Source: Yeosuana sp.
GTDB taxonomy: Bacteria > Bacteroidota > Bacteroidia > Flavobacteriales > Flavobacteriaceae
Direction: 5' to 3'
NCBI GenBank assembly: GCA_036525815.1
Contig: DATCZQ010000184.1
Coordinates: forward strand, 39,803 to 103,802
Length of the DNA stretch: 64,000 nucleotides
Under the pieces are notes generated by a model that searched no databases, had not been told where the DNA came from, and worked only from the letters and a program-made list of their open reading frames with translations. Made by a program: the position numbers and the translations under genes. This document shows, piece after piece, positions 41,601 to 50,458 of the stretch (its first letter is position 1; each line of letters begins with the position of its first letter).

Positions 41601-42026
41601 AGAAAATTGTTAATTTTGGCCAGAGAATTGGATTTGCTAAATGAGTTTGAAGATGTATCTGTTCAAAATTTAATTCCGGAACAATACCAGCATATTTCAG
41701 TGGCTGAATTTTTAAAACAATTACAGGTATTGGATAGTGAATTTCAAAATATAAAGGACAATCAAAAACCTGGACATGTTTTGCGATATATTGGAGATTT
41801 GTCAGGTGATTTATCACAAGATAAAGGTCATTTGGAAGTAAAATTAGTCTCTATTCCAAAAGATAGCACTTTAGGTCATATTAAGGGTTCGGATGCTATT
41901 TTTGAAATATTTACAGAATCTTACGGTGAACAACCTATTGTTATACAAGGCGCAGGTGCTGGTGCAGAAGTAACGGCCAGAGGTGTTTTTGGAGATATTT
42001 TAAGGTTGTCAAAACATATAAACTAG
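38625..42026 (+). CDS. trifunctional fusion: homoserine O-acyltransferase (MetX fold), aspartokinase with ACT domains, homoserine dehydrogenase
   Basis: TTG start; HALTG, GGSLGG, HGHDAF (aa 1-328); KFGG, LGRNGSNYTA; GHGLVGG, YETTVGAGLP, EPDPREDFSG, GAGAGAEVTA. Confidence 0.92.
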   Translation: MKKALQHVIVKDFITENKTENSEIKLSYQLFGLPLGEAPIVLVNHALTGNSNVAGEDGWWKDLIGDDKVIDTKIYTVLAFNIPGNGFDSFVIENYKDFVARDIARLFLIGLKELKIEKLFAVIGGSLGGGIAWEMAVLAPDITEHLIPVATDWKSTDWLIANCQIQEQFLLNSKNPVHDARMHAMLCYRTPESFNERFQRSKNDELEIFNVESWLLHHGKKLQERFQLSAYKLMNQLLKTIDVTKNRSRDFNVLENIHANIHIVGVDSDLFFTAEENRQTHKQLAVTNPNVTYNEIHSVHGHDAFLMEYEQLEKIIEGIFVPNSKRKKMKVLKFGGKSLANGKGLQAVLNIIETKILDGERITVVASARGEATDELETILSKASKSLTYKEDLEAFKAYQLEPLKDIDFSKEFSVLDKLFEGVSLLGDYSQKTKDEILAQGELLSVKMISSLLNAKNIKALAVDSRALIKTDGNFGNAKPIANLSKDNVKNFYKNSPNEVVKIVTGFIASNAQNETTTLGRNGSNYTAALIANYLDADELQNYTHVNGIFTANPDLVEDAQKIRELSFSEANELANFGTTVLHAKTIIPLVEKNINLRILNTFNSEDEGTLITAKPNSKEVTSLSVLDNVALLNLEGRGLLGKSGVDARIFAALAGQDISVSIISQGSSERGIGLIINADKATKAVIALEREFENDFYSQDVNKIGIVDDVAVISIIGIELSSFHKPFNALIKNQITPLLFNNTVTGRNVSLVVKKSQLHKAMNVIHGEIFGVSKKINIAIFGHGLVGGALINQILKSKEDIEKRKGINLNIFAIANSKKLLLSKNGVDKKWKDSIKVSTGESSIDDVITYAKKYHLENLIAVDNTASSNFYTHYIPLIEAGFDLVSSNKIANTISHDFYEDLRSHLKKNNKQYLYETTVGAGLPLIDTIKLLHESGENITRIRGVFSGTLSYLFNNFSVQDKPFSTIVQETIDKGFTEPDPREDFSGNDVARKLLILARELDLLNEFEDVSVQNLIPEQYQHISVAEFLKQLQVLDSEFQNIKDNQKPGHVLRYIGDLSGDLSQDKGHLEVKLVSIPKDSTLGHIKGSDAIFEIFTESYGEQPIVIQGAGAGAEVTARGVFGDILRLSKHIN

Positions 42027-42032
42027 AGTGTT

Positions 42033-43205
42033 ATGAACGAGGATAAAAAGAATTTTGAAACGGAAGCCATTCGCACGCAATTAGAACGAACAGACTTTTT
42101 AGAGCACTCAACGCCATTGTATTTAACTTCAAGTTTTGTTTTTGAAGATGCTGAAGATATGCGTGCTTCCTTTACAGAAGAAAAGGAGCGTAACATTTAT
42201 AGCCGTTTTTCAAATCCAAATACCAGTGAGTTTGTAGAAAAAATTTGTAAAATGGAAGGAGCTGAAAGCGGTTATGCGTTTGCGACGGGTATGGCGGCGG
42301 TATTTTCTACTTTTGCAGCCTTATTAAATAGTGGAGATCATATTGTATCGGCACGTTCGGTATTTGGTTCTACTCATACTTTGTTTACGACTTATTTCCC
42401 AAAATGGAATATTTCAACAAGTTATTTCAATATAAATGAACCAGAAACCATTGAGAGTTTCATAACCCAGAAAACCAAAGTATTATATGCCGAATCACCT
42501 ACAAATCCTGCCGTAGATATTATTGATTTGGAACTCTTAGGAAGTATTGCTAAAAAACACAACTTAATTTTAATTATAGATAACTGTTTTGCAACGCCTT
42601 ATTTACAGCAGCCCATCAAATTTGGGGCACATTTGGTGATTCATTCTGCCACTAAATTAATTGATGGTCAGGGAAGAGTTTTAGGAGGTGTTACCGTTGG
42701 TAGCGCTGATTTAATTAGAGATATTTATCTGTTTTCCAGAAATACAGGTCCGGCATTATCACCTTTTAACGCCTGGGTATTATCAAAAAGTTTGGAAACC
42801 CTATCGGTTAGAGTTGATAAGCATTGTGAAAATGCCTTAAAAGTTGCTGAATTTTTGGAAAGTCATAAAAACGTAAATTGGGTAAAATACCCGTTTTTAA
42901 AATCACATCCACAATATGAAGTGGCTAAAAAGCAAATGAAATTAGGAGGTAATATTGTCGCTTTTGAAATAAAAGGCGGCATAGAATCTGGTCGAAAATT
43001 TTTAAATGCGATAAAAATGTGTTCATTGTCTGCCAATTTAGGCGACACCAGAAGTATTGTAACGCATCCGGCATCGACTACACACAGTAAATTGTGTGAA
43101 GCTGACAGGTTGGAAGTAAGTATTACAGATGGGTTAGTAAGAGTTTCGGTGGGATTAGAACATGTTGATGATATTATTAGTGATTTGAAGCAAGCCTTAA
43201 ATTGA
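42033..43205 (+). CDS. metZ: trans-sulfuration PLP enzyme, MetZ-like O-acylhomoserine sulfhydrylase
   Basis: YSRFSNP, ATGMAA, HSATKLIDGQG, ANLGD, HPASTTH. Confidence 0.78.
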   Translation: MNEDKKNFETEAIRTQLERTDFLEHSTPLYLTSSFVFEDAEDMRASFTEEKERNIYSRFSNPNTSEFVEKICKMEGAESGYAFATGMAAVFSTFAALLNSGDHIVSARSVFGSTHTLFTTYFPKWNISTSYFNINEPETIESFITQKTKVLYAESPTNPAVDIIDLELLGSIAKKHNLILIIDNCFATPYLQQPIKFGAHLVIHSATKLIDGQGRVLGGVTVGSADLIRDIYLFSRNTGPALSPFNAWVLSKSLETLSVRVDKHCENALKVAEFLESHKNVNWVKYPFLKSHPQYEVAKKQMKLGGNIVAFEIKGGIESGRKFLNAIKMCSLSANLGDTRSIVTHPASTTHSKLCEADRLEVSITDGLVRVSVGLEHVDDIISDLKQALN

Positions 43206-43218
43206 GTATATTAGCATC

Positions 43219-43632
43219 ATGCTATCTAAAAAAACAAAATATGGTTTAAAAGCGATTACCTATCTTGCAAGACAAGAAGGCAATAAGCCTGTGCAAGTAG
43301 GTGAAATTGCTAAAAATGAGCAAATTCCGCAGAAATTTTTAGAGAGCATTTTATTGACCTTAAGAAAGTCAGGATGCTTAGGATCAAAAAAGGGAAAACA
43401 TGGCGGATATTATCTTATCAAAAAACCTTCAGAGATTAATATGGCCGATGTGATGCGTGTTCTTGAAGGGCCCATTGCCATGGTACCCTGTGTGAGTTTG
43501 AATTTCTATGAAAAGTGTGATGACTGTCCTGATGAGAACAAGTGTAGTGTCAATAAATTGATGATTCAGGTTAGAGATAATACACTTGAAGTCCTTCGAA
43601 ATACTACACTGGAAGATTTGTCTACTATATAA
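43219..43632 (+). CDS. Rrf2-family transcriptional regulator with a four-Cys C-terminal motif
   Basis: SKKTKYGL, IPQKFLESIL, GKHGGYYL; C-x8-C-x2-C-x5-C. Confidence 0.93.
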   Translation: MLSKKTKYGLKAITYLARQEGNKPVQVGEIAKNEQIPQKFLESILLTLRKSGCLGSKKGKHGGYYLIKKPSEINMADVMRVLEGPIAMVPCVSLNFYEKCDDCPDENKCSVNKLMIQVRDNTLEVLRNTTLEDLSTI

Positions 43633-43726
43633 GCCTTGACAATTTCACAAAAAATTCTATTTTTCAGTTAGTTTTCTGCTGTTTAAACTAAAAATATTTC
43701 ATTATTCTAAAAAATTATTAATATTG

Positions 43727-43756
43727 TTTGGTATGTAATAAAATGTGTTACTTTTG
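43727..43756 (+). promoter_or_regulatory. promoter of the cys operon
   Basis: TTTG (43727-43730), 18-nt spacer, TACTTTTG (43749-43756). Confidence 0.72.
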
Positions 43757-43758
43757 TA

Positions 43759-43781
43759 ATTCCTAGTAAATCGATAGGAAT
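43759..43781. promoter_or_regulatory. inverted-repeat operator, likely Rrf2 site
   Basis: ATTCCTA-N9-TAGGAAT immediately downstream of the -7 box. Confidence 0.65.
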
Positions 43782-43799
43782 AATATAATTCATTGTAAA

Positions 43800-44063
43800 A
43801 TGATAGGACACGTTTTAACTAATTCAGGAGAAAAAGAAAAGTCATCATATAAAATTGATGTAGCAACAGAAAAACCTTTTAGAAGTATAGCCAAGTCAGT
43901 TAGCTGGAGAATTGTTGGGACTGTAGATACCATTTTAATATCCTGGTTTATTACTGGGCAGTTAGAATTGGCTTTTTCTATAGGTTCCATAGAACTGGTT
44001 ACGAAAATGATTTTATATTTTTTTCATGAGCGTATATGGAATACAATTAAATGGGGTAGATAA
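43800..44063 (+). CDS. DUF2061 small membrane protein
   Basis: RSIAKSVSWRIVGTVDT ... YFFHERIW. Confidence 0.85.
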   Translation: MIGHVLTNSGEKEKSSYKIDVATEKPFRSIAKSVSWRIVGTVDTILISWFITGQLELAFSIGSIELVTKMILYFFHERIWNTIKWGR

Positions 44064-44074
44064 TACAATTTATT

Positions 44075-44695
44075 ATGATTACAAAAGAGCAATTAATTGA
44101 ATTGAATCTTCTTTATAAAGAAGCGAAGCCATCCGATATTATTAAAAAAGCATTTGAATTTAGTCATGAGGCCGTTGTAACTACTAATTTCAGGCCTTAT
44201 GAAGTGGCTATTTTACATGCCGTTAATCTGGTAAAATCAAATGTTGATGTGGTTTGGTGTGATACCGGCTATAATACCCCACAAACGTATAGACATGCCA
44301 ATGAAGTTATTGAAAAGTTACAATTAATAGTCTCCTTATATGTACCACAGCAAACAGCAGCTTATAGAGATGTTGTGATGGGAATTCCTAATGTTGACGA
44401 TCCAAAACACGCCTTATTTACTGAGCAAGTAAAATTAGAACCGTTTAGGAGAGCTATGGAAATTCATAAACCTAAAGTATGGTTCACAAACTTGCGTAAA
44501 GGTCAAACAGCATTTAGAGACAGCATTGGAATATTTAGTATGAGTAAAGACAAAGTTTTAAAAGTGAGTCCGTTTTACTATTGGTCAGACACTGATTTAG
44601 ATGCTTATTTAGAAGAGTATAATCTACCTAATGAGTTTAAATATTTTGATCCAACTAAGGCATTAGAAAACAGAGAGTGTGGTTTACATTCTTGA
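44075..44695 (+). CDS. cysH: sulfonucleotide (PAPS/APS) reductase without Fe-S ligands
   Basis: DTGY, KLEPF, LRKGQ, C-terminal ECGLH; no CC..CxxC motif. Confidence 0.88.
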   Translation: MITKEQLIELNLLYKEAKPSDIIKKAFEFSHEAVVTTNFRPYEVAILHAVNLVKSNVDVVWCDTGYNTPQTYRHANEVIEKLQLIVSLYVPQQTAAYRDVVMGIPNVDDPKHALFTEQVKLEPFRRAMEIHKPKVWFTNLRKGQTAFRDSIGIFSMSKDKVLKVSPFYYWSDTDLDAYLEEYNLPNEFKYFDPTKALENRECGLHS

Positions 44696-44715
44696 AGTAA
44701 TTGAAAATTAATAAA

Positions 44716-45618
44716 ATGAATAAAGATACATCACATATTAATTCACTTGAAAACGAGGCCATATATATTATGCGGGAAGTGGCGGCTCAATTTGATAAGC
44801 CAGTACTGCTTTTTTCTGGAGGAAAGGATTCAATTACCCTGGTAAGACTGGCTGTAAAAGCGTTTTATCCGGCGAAAGTACCATTTCCATTAATGCATAT
44901 TGATACCGGGCATAATTTTCCTGAAACTATTGAATTTAGGGATAAATTGGTAAAGGAATTAGATTTAGAATTAATAGTCAGGAACGTTCAGGATTCCATT
45001 GATGAAGGCAGAGTGAAAGAAGAATCAGGTAGATATTCAAGTAGAAACTCATTGCAGACCACTACACTTCTGGATGCTATTGAAGAGTTTAAGTTTGACG
45101 CCTGTATTGGTGGTGCACGACGTGATGAGGAAAAAGCCAGAGCTAAAGAAAGAATTTTTTCTGTAAGAGATGATTTTGGGCAATGGGATGAGAAAAATCA
45201 ACGTCCGGAATTGTTTGATATGTTAAATGGAGACATTGAACATGGTCAGAACGTTCGAGTATTTCCTATTTCAAACTGGACAGAATTAGATGTCTGGTCC
45301 TATATTGAAAAGGAAAAAATTGAGATACCCTCTATTTATTTTGCACATAAACGAAAAGTGTTTTTACGTGACGGATTGATTTGGTCTCATTCTGAATATG
45401 TATACCAGGAAGAAGATGAAAAGGTTTTAGAACGTATGGTTAGATTTAGAACGGTTGGTGACATGAGTTGTACGGCTGCAGTTTTTTCGGAAGCTGCTGA
45501 TATCACTAGTGTAGTACAAGAAATTAGAGAGTCTACTATATCAGAACGTGGAGCCAGAATAGATGATAAACGTTCGGAGGCCGCTATGGAAAAACGTAAA
45601 CAACAAGGCTATTTCTAA
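44716..45618 (+). CDS. cysD: sulfate adenylyltransferase subunit 2
   Basis: LFSGGKDS, GGARRDEEKARAKER, RFRTVGD; ATG at 44716 (in-frame TTG at 44701). Confidence 0.96.
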   Translation: MNKDTSHINSLENEAIYIMREVAAQFDKPVLLFSGGKDSITLVRLAVKAFYPAKVPFPLMHIDTGHNFPETIEFRDKLVKELDLELIVRNVQDSIDEGRVKEESGRYSSRNSLQTTTLLDAIEEFKFDACIGGARRDEEKARAKERIFSVRDDFGQWDEKNQRPELFDMLNGDIEHGQNVRVFPISNWTELDVWSYIEKEKIEIPSIYFAHKRKVFLRDGLIWSHSEYVYQEEDEKVLERMVRFRTVGDMSCTAAVFSEAADITSVVQEIRESTISERGARIDDKRSEAAMEKRKQQGYF

Positions 45619-45664
45619 AATATTTAATAAAAAAACTCCTTCTTCTAGAAGGTTCATATAAAAA

Positions 45665-46912
45665 ATGGAAGTATTAAAAATTGCAACGGCTGGAAGTGTG
45701 GATGATGGTAAAAGTACCTTGATTGGACGTATACTTTATGATACCAAATCATTAACTACCGATAAGTTAGAAGCCATTGAAAAAACCAGTAAACAAAAAG
45801 GCTATGATTATCTTGATTTTTCATTAGCAACGGATGGTCTAGTGGCTGAAAGAGAGCAAGGAATTACTATTGATGTGGCTCACATCTATTTTTCAACGGC
45901 TAAAAAAAGTTATATTATTGCAGATACTCCAGGACATGTCGAATATACACGGAATATGGTGACTGGAGCTTCAACATCACAAGCCTCTATTATTTTAATT
46001 GATGCCAGAAAGGGCGTGATTGAACAAACCAACCGTCATTTCTTCATCAATAATTTATTGCGAATTAAGGATATTGTAGTCGCTATTAACAAAATGGATT
46101 TAGTAGATTATTCTGAAGACATTTATAACAAAATTAAAACCGATTTTGAGTCCTTAATGAGCAAGAGAGATTATCAGGATCAAAAAATTACCTTTATTCC
46201 GGTGAGTGCTTTAAAGGGAGACAATGTAGTGAACAGATCTGATAAGATGCCCTGGTTTACAGGACAAAGTTTATTGGAACATTTAGAAGCATTAGACAAG
46301 AAAGACATATTTAATGTTGGGACGCCAAGATTCCCGGTGCAATATGTTATACGTCCTAAAACTGAAGACTTTCATGATTTTAGGGGCTATGCCGGTAAAG
46401 TGTATGGTGGTGAATTAAGTGTAGGTGATGATATTGTGGTTTTACCATCACAAACAAAATCAAAAATAAAAGATATATACTTTTATAATGAAAAATATCA
46501 AACGGCTTCAAGACGCTCATCAGTGACTATCACCTTAGAAAATGACATCAATGTTAGCAGAGGCGATATGATTGTTAAGGATGGAGATTTACCAACTATA
46601 GATAAACAATTTACGGCCAATATTTGCTGGATGGATGCTACGCAATTAACTACAAGCGGTAAATATATAGTACAACATGGCGTGAATAAAGTCTTAGCGA
46701 AAGTTGATAAAATTCATTATAAAATCAATCCTGACTATTCAGGAATTGAAACCGATGTTACAGGGCTGAATGTAAATGATATTGCTCAGGTAACCTTCAA
46801 ATTAAACAAGCCTATTTTTTATGACCAGTTTAAAAACCATAGAACCAATGGCTCGTTTATTTTAATTGATACACAAACAAATAACACTGTTGGAGCAGGG
46901 TTTATTCAATAG
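45665..46912 (+). CDS. cysN: sulfate adenylyltransferase subunit 1 (GTPase), no APS-kinase domain
   Basis: GSVDDGKSTLIG, REQGITID, DTPGH, NKMD; 415 aa. Confidence 0.96.
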   Translation: MEVLKIATAGSVDDGKSTLIGRILYDTKSLTTDKLEAIEKTSKQKGYDYLDFSLATDGLVAEREQGITIDVAHIYFSTAKKSYIIADTPGHVEYTRNMVTGASTSQASIILIDARKGVIEQTNRHFFINNLLRIKDIVVAINKMDLVDYSEDIYNKIKTDFESLMSKRDYQDQKITFIPVSALKGDNVVNRSDKMPWFTGQSLLEHLEALDKKDIFNVGTPRFPVQYVIRPKTEDFHDFRGYAGKVYGGELSVGDDIVVLPSQTKSKIKDIYFYNEKYQTASRRSSVTITLENDINVSRGDMIVKDGDLPTIDKQFTANICWMDATQLTTSGKYIVQHGVNKVLAKVDKIHYKINPDYSGIETDVTGLNVNDIAQVTFKLNKPIFYDQFKNHRTNGSFILIDTQTNNTVGAGFIQ

Positions 46913-46961
46913 AAAATAATTAAAAAATGCTTTCCTGTTTCAGGAAAGGTCAGGTACGGTC

Positions 46962-49073
46962 ATGCAAAGTTTTAGAACGGAAATAGAAAATCCTATTATC
47001 GAAAAGGATATTATTGAATTAGCTCAAAAAATTGAGTTGTTCAATACAGGTAAAATTGATGAAGAAAAATTCAGAAGTCTTCGTTTGGCGCGGGGTGTTT
47101 ATGGTCAGCGCCAAGAAGGTGTTCAGATGATTCGTATCAAATTACCTTTCGGAAAAGTCTTAAGTCATCAATTGCGAAGAATAGCCGATGTTTCAGACGA
47201 ATATTCTCGTGGAAGATTGCATATCACGACACGTCAGGATATCCAAATTCATCATGTCGATTTAAACAGTACACCACAACTTTGGGCGGATTTAGAAAAG
47301 GATGAAGTCACCTTAAGAGAAGCTTGTGGGAATACGGTTAGAAATGTCACAGCATCCGAAACTGCAGGCATCGATATTAAGGAGCCTTTTGATGTATCGC
47401 CTTATGCGGAGGCCGTTTTCAAATTCTTTTTAAGAAATCCCATATGCCAGGAAATGGGAAGAAAGTTTAAAGTGTCATTCTCATCATCAGATGAAGATAC
47501 CGGACTTTCATACATGCATGATTTGGGTTTTATTGCTAAAATTGAAAAGGGCGAACGGGGTTTTAAAGTGATGCTTGGTGGTGGATTGGGTTCGCAACCA
47601 CGTCATGCCGACGAGTTATATGAATTTTTGCCTTCAGATAAAATTATTCCGGTCATGGAAGGTGTTTTAAGGATTTTTGATCGTCATGGAGAACGCAGAA
47701 GCAGAGCAAAGGCCAGAATAAAATTCTTAATAAAAGACATTAGTTTAGAAGCTTTTAAGACATTAGTAGAAGCAGAACAAAAGGCCATTGAATTTAAATC
47801 AGTACCAATTGATTTTGAATCTTACCAGCCTTCTATACCAGTTACAGTAACTGCACCAAAAGTTCAGATTATTGACCATAAGGCATATGAAACTTGGAAA
47901 GCAACAAATCTCATCCCTCAAAAGCAAGAAGGTTATGTTGCCATTGGAGTAAAAGTGTTATTAGGAGATTTTTATACAGATAAAGCAAGACTGTTGGCTG
48001 ATTTGGTGGAAAAATATGCGGCTGGAGAAATTCGATTAACCTTGAGACAAAATATTTTAATACCATTTGTGAAGGAAGAGTTGGTACCATTTTTTTACTC
48101 TGAATTAGATAAACTGGGTTTTGCTGAAGCGGGTTATAATAAAGCAGTAGACATTACGGCTTGCCCGGGTACAGATACCTGTAACTTAGGAATTGCCAGT
48201 AGTACCGGGATTGCCGCAGAATTAGAGCGGGTTATTAAAACCGAATATCCACAGTATTTAGAAAATAAGGATTTAGTTATAAAAATTAGTGGTTGTATGA
48301 ATGCCTGTGGGCAGCATACTATGGCCAACATTGGGTTTCAGGGTATGTCAGTTCGTACACCGGATAAATTAGTTGCTCCGGCATTGCAGGTGTTATTAGG
48401 GGGAGGTAATCTGGGTGATGGAAACGGTTTGTTTGCTGATAAAGTTGTGAAAATTCCCAGCAGAAGAGGTCCGGAAGCTTTACGCAAAATTTTAAATGAT
48501 TTTGAAGCCAATGCACAAGGTAAAACCTTTGTTGAGTATTATAAACTTACCGGAGAACGTTACTTCTATGACTTATTAAATGAGTTACAAGATGTAACAA
48601 ATCTTACCCAACAAGATTTTATAGATTGGGGAACCTCCGAAAAATATGAAAAAGCTATTGGTGTTGGGGAATGCGCTGGTGTGGTCATCGATTTGATTTC
48701 AACTTTATTCTTAGAAAGTGAAGAAAAAATTGAAGAGGCAAAATCCTCTTTTGAGGATAAAGTTTATTCTAGCGCCATTTATCATGCGTATAGTTCCATG
48801 GTCAATTCGGCCAAAGCACTGTTGTTAGCTGAAAATATAAGCACGAATACTCAAGCCAACATTATCAGTCAGTTTGATGACACTTTTGTGTCAAGTGGAA
48901 AACTAGATTTAGGAGTTCCTTTTTCAGAGATGATTTACCAAATAAAAGAATATGCTCCTACAGGAGCTTTTGCATTTAAATACATTGAAAATGCAAATCA
49001 TTTTTTAAATAATGTAAAAGCTTTTAGGACGAAAGAACAAGAAAGTAATAGTGGTAAAAGGCATATTATTTAA
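46962..49073 (+). CDS. ferredoxin-type siroheme sulfite/nitrite reductase with a C-terminal HEPN-like domain
   Basis: GVYGQRQ, HITTRQDIQ, REACGNTVRN, Fe-S/siroheme ligands ACPGTDTC and SGCMNACG; extra helical C-terminal domain. Confidence 0.9.
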   Translation: MQSFRTEIENPIIEKDIIELAQKIELFNTGKIDEEKFRSLRLARGVYGQRQEGVQMIRIKLPFGKVLSHQLRRIADVSDEYSRGRLHITTRQDIQIHHVDLNSTPQLWADLEKDEVTLREACGNTVRNVTASETAGIDIKEPFDVSPYAEAVFKFFLRNPICQEMGRKFKVSFSSSDEDTGLSYMHDLGFIAKIEKGERGFKVMLGGGLGSQPRHADELYEFLPSDKIIPVMEGVLRIFDRHGERRSRAKARIKFLIKDISLEAFKTLVEAEQKAIEFKSVPIDFESYQPSIPVTVTAPKVQIIDHKAYETWKATNLIPQKQEGYVAIGVKVLLGDFYTDKARLLADLVEKYAAGEIRLTLRQNILIPFVKEELVPFFYSELDKLGFAEAGYNKAVDITACPGTDTCNLGIASSTGIAAELERVIKTEYPQYLENKDLVIKISGCMNACGQHTMANIGFQGMSVRTPDKLVAPALQVLLGGGNLGDGNGLFADKVVKIPSRRGPEALRKILNDFEANAQGKTFVEYYKLTGERYFYDLLNELQDVTNLTQQDFIDWGTSEKYEKAIGVGECAGVVIDLISTLFLESEEKIEEAKSSFEDKVYSSAIYHAYSSMVNSAKALLLAENISTNTQANIISQFDDTFVSSGKLDLGVPFSEMIYQIKEYAPTGAFAFKYIENANHFLNNVKAFRTKEQESNSGKRHII

Positions 49074-49081
49074 TTTTTTAT

Positions 49082-49861
49082 ATGGAGTTAATTACTAAAA
49101 CACCCATGTTAACAGTTGTTGGTGCGGGGCCAGGAGATCCGGATCTGATGACACTTAAAGCCATAAAAGCTATTGAATCTGCTGATGTCATTTTGTATGA
49201 TGCCCTTATTAATGAAGAGTTACTTAAATACGCGTCGCCTAATACAGAAATAATTTTTGTTGGAAAGCGAAAAGGATGTTATGCTTTTCAGCAGGAACAA
49301 ATTAATGAACTTATTGTGAGCAGAGCAAAAAGTCATGGTCATGTGGTTAGACTAAAAGGGGGTGATCCCTTTATTTTTGGTAGAGGTGCTGAAGAAATTG
49401 ATTATGCCCAGCAATTTGATGTTGAAACCTATATGGTTCCCGGTATTTCATCATCGTTTGCCGTCCCGGCTTATCAAGGTATTCCATTGACCAAGAGAGA
49501 TGCGTCAGAAAGTTTTTGGGTGCTTACTGGGACTACTCAATTTCATGAACTATCAAAAGATATTGTTTTAGCTGCGCAATCAACAGCCACGGTGGTCATT
49601 CTAATGGGTATGGGGAAATTGAATGAAATTGTTGACATCTATAAATCTTTAGGAAAATATGATACTTCGGTTGCCATTATCCAAAATGGAACTACTAAAA
49701 AGGAAAAAGTTGGGTATGGTAAGATTAAAAACATACTTCAGGTCGTTGAAGAAAAACAATTATCCTCACCTGCTATTATCATAATAGGGGATGTTGTAAA
49801 TAAAAGAGTAGCTTTATCGTCTATGATTCATGATCATAAAAATAAATCCATTGCGGTTTAA
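49082..49861 (+). CDS. cobA: uroporphyrinogen-III C-methyltransferase
   Basis: VGAGPGDPDL, VVRLKGGDPFIFGRGAEE, VPGISS. Confidence 0.94.
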   Translation: MELITKTPMLTVVGAGPGDPDLMTLKAIKAIESADVILYDALINEELLKYASPNTEIIFVGKRKGCYAFQQEQINELIVSRAKSHGHVVRLKGGDPFIFGRGAEEIDYAQQFDVETYMVPGISSSFAVPAYQGIPLTKRDASESFWVLTGTTQFHELSKDIVLAAQSTATVVILMGMGKLNEIVDIYKSLGKYDTSVAIIQNGTTKKEKVGYGKIKNILQVVEEKQLSSPAIIIIGDVVNKRVALSSMIHDHKNKSIAV

Positions 49862-49864
49862 GGA

Positions 49865-50458
49865 ATGGAAAGAAATAATTTATACCCGGTTTTTTTAAAA
49901 CTCAACAATTTAAAAGTACTTATTGTAGGAGGCGGTTTTGTTGCGGAAGAAAAACTTACCTTTCTTTTAAAGTCAAGTCCAGATGCACATATAACACTGG
50001 TGTCTCCTATGTTTAGAGAAGGCACTTTGGATTTAGTTAAAAAAGGAGATATAACTTTGATACATGACGTTTATAGCAAAAAATATTTAAAAGGAAATCA
50101 TATAGTTATTGCAACTACCAATGTTCCTGAAGTCAATGTAAAAATATATAAACACTGTAGGAAGAGAGGTGTTTTGGTAAATGTGGCCGATAATCCTCCT
50201 TTTTGTGATTTTTATATGGGTGGAATCGTTACAAAAGGTAATGTAAAAGTGGCAATTTCGACTAACGGAAAGTCACCGACAACGGCCAAAAGATTACGTC
50301 AGTTTTTTGAAGATGTGATTCCAGAGAATGTGGATGATTTGGTTAAAAATTTAAATGACTATAGAAAAACAATTAAAGGTGATTTTGAACAGAAAGTAGA
50401 TGCTTTAAACGAATTCACTAAAGGATTAATTGCAAGAAAAGAAGATCAATATGATTAA
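49865..50458 (+). CDS. precorrin-2 dehydrogenase/sirohydrochlorin ferrochelatase (CysG N-terminal type)
   Basis: VGGGFVAEEK, VNVADNP..CDF, AISTNGKSP. Confidence 0.9.
   Translation: MERNNLYPVFLKLNNLKVLIVGGGFVAEEKLTFLLKSSPDAHITLVSPMFREGTLDLVKKGDITLIHDVYSKKYLKGNHIVIATTNVPEVNVKIYKHCRKRGVLVNVADNPPFCDFYMGGIVTKGNVKVAISTNGKSPTTAKRLRQFFEDVIPENVDDLVKNLNDYRKTIKGDFEQKVDALNEFTKGLIARKEDQYD

Noticed and set aside
48650-49073. HEPN-like domain as a toxin or anti-phage RNase
   Set aside because: It is fused to a housekeeping sulfite reductase, lacks a clear RxxxxH motif, and has no defence-gene context.
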